Assembly: GCF_006345805.1 (NCBI RefSeq)
Contig: NC_043009.1
Location: 41,478,001-41,542,000 of the forward strand
Reading direction: 5' to 3'
Source of the DNA: Octopus sinensis
Taxonomy: Eukaryota
Length of the DNA stretch: 64,000 nt
Shown: positions 40,036 to 50,929 of the stretch, piece by piece
Position numbering within the stretch: the stretch's first letter is position 1
How the letters are laid out: every line of letters begins with the position of its first letter
Notes under the pieces: generated by a model
Database searches by the model: none
What the model was told of the DNA's origin: nothing
The model's input: the letters and a program-made list of their open reading frames with translations, nothing else
Made by a program: the position numbers and the translations under genes

Positions 40036-43000
40036 ATATACATCATATAATTAAGGGCTAAAGAGGGTTATTCTAGAGCCAAATACACTGTTTTATCCAC
40101 TTAAATCCGCTTGTTACAGGAAAATTGAAACTGAAAAGGGCAACTAACCTTTAGAAAATTTAAATTTCGTTATCTCTATATTGAATCAATTTCGGACTTA
40201 ATCTTATAAAAAAAGATATATTCCTTCTTCAGTAGAAATTCGATGGGATATAAATAAAATACTCACGTATGATCATGGAAAAAGCACGAGCTAAAAACAT
40301 AACTACACTTGAGTAATCATTTATATCTAAAAATAAAAATTCTTTGGTCAGCCTCAGAAAACAACGTCCAGACCTTTCGCCGCTACAAATTGTAATGGTT
40401 ACCAGTCCTCCTGTAGCAAGCATCGAGTTTACTACTAAGCAATATAGGATGAAGTCCCTTACTCTACAGCAAAGGAATTCATCAGGAAGCGTGGGCAGTA
40501 TATTTAAAAAAACCGTTACGGTTGCAATATACATCATATAATTAAGGGCTAAAGAGGGTTATTCTAGAGCCAAATACACTGTTTTATCCACTTATAATCC
40601 GCTGTTACAGGAAAATTGAAACTGAAAACGGGCAACTAACCTTTAGAAAATTTAAATTTCGTTATCTCTATATTGAATCAATTTCGGACTTAATCTTATA
40701 AAAAAAGATATATTCCTTCTTCAGTAGAAATTTCGATGGGATATAAATAAAATACTCACGTATGATCATGGAAAAAGCACGAGCTAAAAAATAACTACAC
40801 TTGAGTACACATTTATATCTAAAAATAAAAATTCTTTGGTCAGCCTCAGAAAACAAGTCCAGACCTTTCGCCGCTACAAATGTAATGGTTACCAGTCTCC
40901 TGTAGCAAGCATCGAGTTTACTACTAAGCAATATAGGATGAAGTCCCTTACTCTACAGCAAGGAATTCATCAGGAAGCGTGGGCAGTATATTTAAAAAAA
41001 CCGTTACGGTTGCAATATACATCATATAATTAAGGGCTAAAGAGGGTTATTCTAGAGCCAAATACACTGTTTTATCCACTTATAATCCGCTTGTTACAGG
41101 AAAATTGAAACTGAAAACGGGCAACTAACCTTTAGAAAATTTAAATTTCGTTATCTCATATTGAATCAATTTCGGACTTAATCTTATAAAAAAAGATATA
41201 TTCCTTCTTCAGTAGAATTTCGATGGGATATAAATAAAATACTCACGTATGATCATGGAAAAAGCACGAGCTAAAAACAAATACACACTTGAGTACATCA
41301 TTTATATCTAAAAATAAAAATTCTTTGGTCAGCCTCAGAAAACAACGTCCAGACCTTTCGCCGCTACAAATTGTAATGGTTACCAGACCTCCTGTAGCAA
41401 GCATCGAGTTTACTACTAAGCAATATAGGATGAAGTCCCTTACTCTACAGCAAAGGAATTCATCAGGAAGCGTGGGCAGTATATTTAAAAAAACCGTTAC
41501 GGTTGCAATATACATCATATAATAAGGGCTAAAGAGGGTTATTCTAGAGCCAAATACACTGTTTTATCCACTTATAATCCGCTTGTTACAGGAAAATTGA
41601 AACTGAAAACGGGCAACTAACCTTTAGAAAATTTAAATTTCGTTATCTCTATATTGAATCAATTTCGGACTTAATTTATAAAAAAAAAGATATATTCCTT
41701 CTTCAGTAGAAATTTCGATGGGATATAAATAAAATACTCACGTATGATCATGGAAAAAGCACGAGCTAAAAACATAACTACACTTGAGTACATCATTTAT
41801 ATCTAAAAATAAAAATTCTTTGGTCAGCCTCAGAAGACAACGTCCAGACCTTTCGCCGCTACAAATTGTAATGGTTACCAGTCCTCCTGTAGCAAGCATC
41901 GAGTTTACTACTAAGCAATATAGGATGAAGTCCCTTACTCTACAGCAAAGGAATTCATCAGGAAGCGTGGGCAGTATATTTAAAAAAACCGTTACGGTTG
42001 CAATATACATCATATAATTAAGGGCTAAAGAGGGTTATTCTAGAGCCAAATACACTGTTTTATCCACTTATAATCCGCTTGTTACAGGAAAATTGAAACT
42101 GAAAACGGGCAACTAACCTTTAGAAAATTTAAATTTCGTTATCTCTATATTGAATCAATTTCGGACTTAATCTTATAAAAAAAGATATATTCCTTCTTCA
42201 GTAGAAATTTCGATGGGATATAAATAAAATACTCACGTATGATCATGGAAAAAGCACGAGCTAAAAACATAACTACACTTGAGTACATCATTATATCTAA
42301 AAATAAAAATTCTTTGGTCAGCCTCAGAAAACAACGTCCAGACCTTTCGCCGCTGCTACAATTGTAATGGTTACCAGTCCTCCTGTAGCAAGCATCGAGT
42401 TTACTACTAAGCAATATAGGATGAAGTCCCTTACTCTACAGCAAAGGAATTCATCAGGAAGCGTGGGCAGTATATTTAAAAAAACCGTTACGGTTGCAAT
42501 ATACATCATATAATTAAGGGCTAAAGAGGGTTATTCTAGAGCCAAATACACTGTTTTATCCACTTATAATCCGCTTGTTACAGGAAAATTGAAACTGAAA
42601 ACGGGCAACTAACCTTTAGAAAATTTAAATTTCGTTATCTCTATATTGAATCAATTTCGGACTTAATCTTATAAAAAAAGATATATTCCTTCTTCAGTAG
42701 AAATTTCGATGGGATATAAATAAAATACTCACGTATGATCATGGAAAAAGCACGAGCTAAAAACATAACTACACTTGAGTACATCATTTATATCTAAAAA
42801 TAAAAATTCTTTGGTCAGCCTCAGAAAACAACGTCCAGACCTTTCGCCGCTACAAATTGTAATGGTTACCAGTCCTCCTGTAGCAAGCATCGAGTTTACT
42901 ACTAAGCAATATAGGATGAAGTCCCTTACTCTACAGCAAAGGAATTCATCAGGAAGCGTGGGCAGTATTTAAAAAAACCGTTACGGTTGCAATATACATC

Positions 43001-44578
43001 ATATAATTAAGGGCTAAAGAGGGTTATTCTAGAGCCAAATACACTGTTTTATCCACTAAATCCGCTTGTTACAGGAAAATTGAAACTGAAAACGGGCAAC
43101 TAACCTTTAGAAAATTTAAATTTCGTTATCTCTATATTGAATCAATTTCGGACTTAATCTTATAAAAAAAAGATATATTCCTTCTTCAGTAGAAATTTCG
43201 ATGGGATATAAATAAAATACTCACGTATGATCATGGAAAAAGCACGAGCTAAAAACATAACTACACTTGAGTACATCATTTATATCTAAAAATAAAAATT
43301 CTTTGGTCAGCCTCAGAAAAACACGTCCAGACCTTTCGCCGCTACAAATTGTAATGGTTACCAGTCCTCCTGTAGCAAGCATCGAGTTTACTACTAAGCA
43401 ATATAGGATGAAGTCCTTACTCTACAGCAAAGGAATTCATCAGGAAGCGTGGGCAGTATATTTAAAAAAACCGTTACGGTTGCAATATACATCATATAAT
43501 TAAGGGCTAAAGAGGGTTATTCTAGAGCCAAATACACTGTTTTATCCACTTATAATCCGCTTGTTACAGGAAAATTGAAACTGAAAACGGGAAACTAACC
43601 TTTAGAAAATTTAAATTTCGTTATCTCTATATTGAATCAATTCGGACTTAATCTTATAAAAAAAGATATATTCCTTCTTCAGTAGAAATTTCGATGGGAT
43701 ATAAATAAAATACTCACGTATGATCATGGAAAAAGCACGAGCTAAAAACATAACTACACTTGAGTACATCATTTATATCTAAAAATAAAAATTTTTGGTC
43801 AGCCTCAGAAAACAACGTCCAGACCTTTCGCCGCTACAAATTGTAATGGTTACCAGTCCTCCTGTAGCAAGCATCGAGTTTACTACTAAGCAATATAGGA
43901 TGAAGTCCCTTACTCTACAGCAAAGGAATTCATCAGGAAGCGTGGGCAGTATATTTAAAAAAAACCGTACGGTTGCAATATACATCATATAATTAAGGGC
44001 AAGAGGGTTATTCTAGAGCCAAATACACTGTTTTATCCACTTATAATCGCTTGTTACAGGAAAATTGAAACTGAAAACGGGCAACTAACCTTTAGAAAAT
44101 TTAAATTTCGTTATCTCTATATTGAATCAATTTCGGACTTAATCTTATAAAAAAAGATATATTCCTTCTTCAGTAGAAATTTCGATGGGATATAAATAAA
44201 ATACTCACGTATGATCATGGAAAAAGCACGAGCTAAAAACATAACTACACTTGAGTACATCATTTATATCTAAAAATAAAAATTCTTTGGTCAGCCTCAG
44301 AAAACAACGTCCAGACCTTTCGCCGCTACAATTGTAATGGTTACCAGTCCTCCTGTAGCAAGCATCGAGTTACTACTAAGCAATATAGGATGAAGTCCCT
44401 TACTCTACAGCAAAGGAATTCATCAGGAAGCGTGGGCAGTATATTTAAAAAAACCGTTACGGTTGCAATATACATCATATAATTAAGGGCTAAAGAGGGT
44501 TATTCTAGAGCCAAATACACTGTTTTATCCACTTATAATCCGCTTGTTACAGGAAAATTGAAACTGAAAACGGGCAAC

Positions 44579-44580
<2 letters not shown>
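40036..44580 (-). repeat. Tandem array of ~494-bp monomers (9 full + ~108 bp partial), each with a hammerhead ribozyme; retrozyme-like satellite
   Basis: Marker CATCATATAAT recurs at 40041, 40532, 41020, 41513, 42008, 42504, 42997, 43490, 43983, 44473 (periods 488-496). Copies differ mostly by 1-nt indels. Both ends merge into (TA)n. Confidence 0.97.
42632..42709 (-). ncRNA. Type I hammerhead ribozyme (representative copy; others at ~40167-40243, 40659-40736, 41148-41223, 41640-41718, 42136-42213, 43123-43201, 43618-43694, 44108-44185)
   Basis: Minus strand reads UCG-AA-AUUUCUA [CUGAAGA-A] GGA-AUAU-AUCUU-UUUUUAU-AAGAU-UAAG-UCC [GAA] AUUG-AUU-CAAU [A] UAGAGAU-AA-CGA. The catalytic core is complete and stems I, II and III pair. 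Predicted cleavage is after AUA (between + positions 42644 and 42643). Confidence 0.85.
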
Positions 44581-44643
<63 letters not shown>

Positions 44644-44671
44644 AATATATAATATATATATAATATATATA

Positions 44672-44766
44672 TTTATAGAAGGAGCTTCTACAGGACTAGA
44701 GCTGTTTCATTCAAAAGAAATCATCGAATGAAACAGTTCTAGTCCTGTAGAAGCTCCTTCTATAAA
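44672..44766. repeat. Fold-back with 41-bp arms and a 13-nt loop, in a small element between (TA)n tracts
   Basis: 44672-44712 versus 44726-44766, one mismatch. Confidence 0.92.
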
Positions 44767-44835
44767 ATAAATAATTTACTCTGCTATGTATTGAGTACCT
44801 TATTTACTGTGGTTAAACCCGACTCAACCCGGGAC

Positions 44836-44874
<39 letters not shown>

Positions 44875-44921
44875 CATATAACTGTATGTGTTTGTGAGTG
44901 TATATGTATATTTAAATACAT

Positions 44922-44968
<47 letters not shown>

Positions 44969-45350
44969 CGATGGGCTTCTTTCAGTTTCGGTCTACCAAA
45001 TCCACTCACTAGACTTTGGTGAATCTGAGGCTATAGGAGAAGATGAGAAAAACAAAATATCTAGTCAAGATGAACAGAGGGAATGCTTCAACGGATCATC
45101 TGGCTGTAAGTATCAATTTACTGATTGATAAAATCATAATTGGAGACGGTAGCAGGAGAACAAAATACTAGATTAATTGAATACCAAATGACTTTTGAAT
45201 CTATCCTCCAACACGTGGATCATAGAAAGATCATCTACGAGTAAAGTGACATTATTAATATATAATAATATAAATAATATATAAATATATGCATATATAC
45301 ATACATATATGTACATACCTACATATATATGTATATATACATATATACAA

Positions 45351-45581
45351 GGCGGCGAGCTGGTAGAAACGTTAGCACGCCGGGCGAAATTCGTAGCCGT
45401 ATTTCGTCTGTCGTTACGTTCCGAGTTCAAATTCCGCCGAGGTCGACTTTGCCTTTCATCCTTTCGGGGTCGATAAATTAAGTACCAGTTACGCACTGTG
45501 GTCGATGTAGTCGACTTAATCCCTTTGTCTGTCCTTGTTTGTCTCCTCTGTGTTTAGCCCCTTGTGGGTAGTAAAGAAATA
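45351..45581 (+). mobile_element. SINE family A, full length
   Basis: Runs from GGCGGCGAGCTGGTAGAAACGTTAGCACG to CCCTTGTGGGTAGTAAAGAAATA. Confidence 0.88.
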
Positions 45582-46904
45582 TATATGTATATATACATGC
45601 ATATATGGGTACAGGACATTAAAAAAAAAACGTTGAACACAATGAGAAACGAAAACATAAAAACAAAAACATAGAAACGACCTTTTTTTTTCAAACAACG
45701 ACAAAAACCCAGAGAAACGAGACATGCAACATAAAGAATATTCCCCTTCTTCAGTTGTCCCTGTTTCATGGACTCCGCGTTCGAAGGCAATATATATATA
45801 TAAAACATATCGTAAATAAATGATAAATAATGTAACTGCAAACTAAAGAGGGAATTATAAATAGCTTCCATCTAGACATTCCCTCTTTACACTCGTTTTC
45901 AACCTGATATTAGCGCGCTTAACCAAAATATTAAACCAGATTCGACTCAGATAACTTCAACTTCTACTTCACAGACGATAAAGAAGTAAAAACACAGCAG
46001 CAGAAAGGACACGAGTTTAATAAAAGAAGTCATCGAAATTCAAGTTAGAAAACTGCAACCTGAAAGAGAAGGGAAAGGAATTAAAACCAAGAGTCAGAGA
46101 TAGAGAAAGAGAATTACCAGAAGTAAATCCAACATACACTTACATATATTAAAGAGTTGATTTACTAAAAAAAGAACAACATACACAAAAATGAAATGAA
46201 ATATTAGGAAGGAATATTATAGAAACATTAATGTAATACTAGTAATAGTGTTAAATGCTAAATATTAACTAATAAATATTAATACTCCAGCAGTATTTCT
46301 AATAATAAGTTATAGTTATACCGTCAAATTAGCAACACTAAACGTCAATGAAGTAATTACTGAATTAGTCGGCAGTTTGGTTAAGATATATTAAATTAAT
46401 CAACGCCTGATAGACCGTCGGTTATGACAACGCGCGTTTCGGTTGATCCGATCAACGGAACAACCTACTCGAGAAATTAAGGTGCAAGTGGTTGAATACT
46501 CCACAAACACGCATGCCCTTAACGTAGCTCTCAGCGAGATTCGGCGTCATACAGAGTATGACAAAGCTGGCCCATTTTTATAAGCTGAGTGGAACTAGAA
46601 CAACGTGAAATAAAGTGTCTTGTTCAAAGATACAACGTGCCGCCGAGAATCGTACTTCCGACCTTACGATCGTGAGCCGAATACCCTATTGTACTGGTGT
46701 ATATTTTATAGAAAACAGGTGGCTGGTAGGCAACGTCAATAGCGGTGGGATTTATCTCAGAAGTAAAGAGATGCAGTTTAATACAGCAAAGAATTTGATC
46801 ATCCTTCTGCTGATAGACTTAAACTGCGTGTTAAAAAATCTTACCCTTATTAGAGTTTACGAGATACGTATATTTTGTTATTCCACGCCTTCTATATTTC
46901 TTGA

Positions 46905-47054
46905 GCATGTATGTATGTATGTGCATGTATGTTCATACATATATTCATATGGAGGTTTGTATATGCACATACATATAGCTATACATATGTATGTATGTAT
47001 GTTCATACATATATTCATATGGAGGTTTGTATATGCACATACATATAGCTATAC

Positions 47055-47085
<31 letters not shown>

Positions 47086-47198
47086 TGTATGTATGTATGA
47101 ATGTATGTATGTATGTATGTATGTATGTATGTATGTGCATGTATGTTCATACATATATTCATATGGAGGTATGTATATGCACATACATATAGCTATAC

Positions 47199-47229
<31 letters not shown>

Positions 47230-47350
47230 TGTATGTATGTATGTATGAATGTATGTATGAATGTATGTATGTATGTATGTATGTATGTGCATGTATGTTC
47301 ATACATATATTCATATGGAGGTATGTATATGCACATACATATAGCTATAC

Positions 47351-47381
<31 letters not shown>

Positions 47382-47540
47382 TGAATGTATGTATGTATGT
47401 ATGTATGTATGTATGTATGTATGTATGTATGTATGTATGTATGTATGTATGTATGTATGTATGTATGAATGTATGTATGAATGTATGTATGTATATATGT
47501 ATGTATGTATGTATATATGTATGTATGTATGTATGTATAC
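46905..47540. repeat. Compound minisatellite: 4 copies of a ~60-66-bp unit separated by variable (ATGT)n
   Basis: GTTCATACATATATTCATATGGAGGT(T/A)TGTATATGCACATACATATAGCTATACAT at ~46931, ~47001, ~47145 and ~47297. Confidence 0.92.
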
Positions 47541-47552
47541 AGAGATACTGAT

Positions 47553-47590
<38 letters not shown>

Positions 47591-47753
47591 GGAAAAAGAG
47601 AGAAAGTGAGCGAGAGGTGAGGGCTGTGTGGGGTAGAGCAGTGTTCCTATTTCTATGTCTATGTCTATTTATCTAAACGTTTCTGTACAACATGTATGCA
47701 TGTTGGTATGTGCGTGTTTACTTACGCATGTTTAGCATTTCTTTGTTTACGTG

Positions 47754-47790
<37 letters not shown>

Positions 47791-49056
47791 ATCAATCTAT
47801 AAGGTAGCGTTCGTTTCTAGAGTGCATTAGCTCGGACTAATTTCTAGATTTGTCCAACTGTTGTACTGACTAGTAGTATATCGCTATCTTGCCAGATATG
47901 TCCTGCAACAGTCGGTCAAAAGACTGCCCTCCAAATTCTGCAGACATCTTGTCTACAACAAGAAAACTACTTCAGATTAAACCCCTCCCTCTCTCACTCA
48001 TATATATATATATATGTATTATGTATGTATGTATGTATGTATATTGGCAAACCAAAATCACCATTTCTGTGCTATTTTCTCTTTCGAAAACATGCAGAAA
48101 AAAATATGATTAAAAATACATAGTTCAAATCAAAGTGTGACATATAAATAAACTTAATTTGACTTGCCTTTATCTCTGTCTTGTTGATATAACTGATACG
48201 GTTGAGAATAAAAACCCAGCTCTTAACCCGCTTCCAACCACACTGTAGAACTGAGGGCAATAATACTTTGGATTATTATTGGAAGCAAAACTTCTAATCC
48301 CGGTGCAAAAAGTAATTAGCCACTCAATAATTAGGGAGCTGTTTTTGCGTAGTGGCTCATCGATCTCCTAAAAATAACAGCTAATTATCTCTTTTTCTCT
48401 TTTTTTTACTCGTTTTACTTGTTTCAGTCATTTGACTGCGGCCATGCTGGAGCACCGCCTTTAGTCGAGCAACACGATCCCGGGACTTATTCTTTGTAAG
48501 CCCAGTACTTACTCTATCGGTCTCTTTTGCCGAACCGCTAAGTGACGGGGACGTAAACACACCAGCATCGGTTGTCAAGCAATGCTAGGGGAACAAACAC
48601 AGACACACAAACATATTCACACACACTTATATATATATTATACATATATACGACAGGCTTCTTTCAGTTTCCGTCTACCAAATCCACTCACAAGGCATTG
48701 GTCGGCCCAGGGCTATAGCAGAAGACACTTGCCCAAGATGCCACGCAGTGGGACTGAACCCGGAACCATGTGGTTGGTTAGCAAAATCAGAATATAATCT
48801 CTTTAAATTTGAAGGAGATACTATGGAAAATAGGTTTCTTGCTGCAATATACCTTCGTTGAAAAATTTGCGGCAGAGTCACGGCTTGAATGTATTTGATC
48901 ATAGAGCTGCTGAATCAGAGATCAGACCTGGCCTGGGGTTAAATAATAATAAAAGTAAGAACGACATATTTGACCACGACTGAATTAAAGTCAAACAACA
49001 AAACAGGAACAAGAAGAACAACAACAACAACGCTAAGAAGCCAATAATAATCATGC

Positions 49057-49486
49057 CTAAGGTGGCGAGCTGGCAGAATCGTTAGCACACCGGGCGAAAT
49101 ACTTAACGGCATTTCGTCTGCTGCTACGTTCTGAGTTCAAATTCCACCGAGGTCGACTTTGCCTTTCATCCTTTCGGGGTCGATTAAATAAGTACCAGTT
49201 ACGCACTGGGGTCGATATAATCGACTTAATCCGTTTGTCTGTCGTTGTTTGTCCCCTCTGTGTGTAGCCCCTTGTGGGAAGTAAAGAAATAAGAAACGTT
49301 AGCATGTCGGGCGAAATGCTTAGCGTATTTCGTCTGTCTTTACGTTCTGAGTTCAAATTCCGCTGAGGTCGACTTTGCCTTCATCCTTTCGGGGTCGATA
49401 AATTAAGTACCAGTTGCGTACTGGGGTGGATTTAATCGACCGGCCCCTCCCCCCAAATTTCAGGCCTTGAGCCTAGAGTAGAAAAG
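49057..49486 (+). mobile_element. SINE family A dimer inserted as one unit
   Basis: Two tandem family A units with different tails. 14-bp direct repeat AATAATAATCATGC at 49043-49056 and 49487-49500. Confidence 0.82.
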
Positions 49487-50101
49487 AATAATAATCATGC
49501 TTCAAAGAAACTTCTTGATTATACGACAAACCTTTACACAATACTTTGACCGGCCTTATAGAACTCAAATATTCTACCTGTTTCATGCTCAGACTTACCA
49601 GGTACAGACTCTCACACCTATCCTACAATGTCATTCTAAAAAGTAAACAATTGCATCCTCGAAATCTTCAAGCCTCGTGATAATGCATGATTAATTCAAA
49701 ACAAACAGAATACATAAGCATTACATTTGACAGAGTGCTGTGAATGTTAAAGAGTTGAATTAGTCAAGAATAAACTAGTATTATATTCAGGAAAACTTCA
49801 TGCAATGTAATAAAATAAAAAAAACAAGAATACGGTTCTTACTTTGTACATTGGTTTGAAATTTTGGTACTAGGCCTGTCAGCTGGCACTTATTTTATCG
49901 ACTCTGAAAGAATGAAAGGCAAAGTCAACCACGGTGGACTCTATACATTGATGGTTAAGGAAACTTATAAGAACAGCTCTCAAGACATAATCAAAAGCTG
50001 GGCCAAACCGGCCTCTCTCCTTTACTGTAGCGTAGCTACGGTAGGTGGGTTTGCGAAAAGTCGATTCCCTCTTGTGTGACCTTGTATCTCTCCAGCTATT
50101 A

Positions 50102-50410
50102 CCTGGAATTGAAGTCGGAATCTTGGGGTTAATACCCCGCGCTCTTAACCACTACGCCACGGGCATGTAGCGTAGTGGTTAAGAGCGCGGGCTACTAACT
50201 CCAAGATTCCGACTTCAAAACCAGGAAGTGACCTGAATAATAATAATAATAATAATAACAACAACAACATCGAAAATACCTTAGGAATAAGAACCCAGGT
50301 TCGAAATTTCCCCAAGACACCTGATTAAGGCTGGCGAGTATATCAGCCGAAACGTTGATGAGAACAAATATCCGTCAAATGTAAATAATGTGAATAATGA
50401 AAATAATGAA
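50102..50410 (+). mobile_element. tRNA-headed element with decayed hammerhead and inverted duplication of its head
   Basis: A-box-like TAGCGTAGTGG at ~50168. The head (50167-50225) is mirrored by 50102-50160. CTGATTAA-GGCTG-(10 nt)-CAGCC-GAAACGTT at 50321-50356. Tail of AATAATGT/GA repeats. Confidence 0.55.
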
Positions 50411-50889
50411 CACCATCTCCTATTTAAAAGACGTTAGAAATATTTGTGGAGATAGATCAATTTGTTCGTAGTCTTCATTTTCTTCGTTTCAAATTTAAGG
50501 ATTTCCTTGTATTTATCAAACTTTTACAGGAAATTTGTGGTGATGACAATTATATTTAATAAAAATCTTATTTTTTGTTTATCTTTTACTGTCTACATGT
50601 TTCAGTCATTGGACTGTGGCCACTTTAGAGCAGTGTTTTGAAGGATGTTGTCGAACAAGTCTATCCTAGAGCAGAGTTTCCAAAGTTTGTTATTTATTCT
50701 AACGTCACCTGTACCAAACTGCTAGTTTACGGTGATGTCAACAAACCAGCACCGGTCGTCAAGCGATGGTGGGATGACAAATACAAGCACAAAGACACAC
50801 ACAACACACACACACATATATATATACACGCATACATACACACATATGTATATGTATACACACACATATATACAAACACACACATATAT

Positions 50890-50929
<40 letters not shown>

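Noticed and set aside
40229-43992. Repeated 60-100 aa ORFs on both strands of the 494-bp array
   Set aside because: No recognisable motif; starts and stops shift with 1-nt indels. The LLKKEYIFFYKIK stretch is only faintly like a GIY-YIG C-terminus and overlaps the ribozyme.
46905-47400. CRISPR-like repeat/spacer appearance
   Set aside because: Spacers are (ATGT)n, repeats are ~60 bp, there are no cas genes and the context is eukaryotic.
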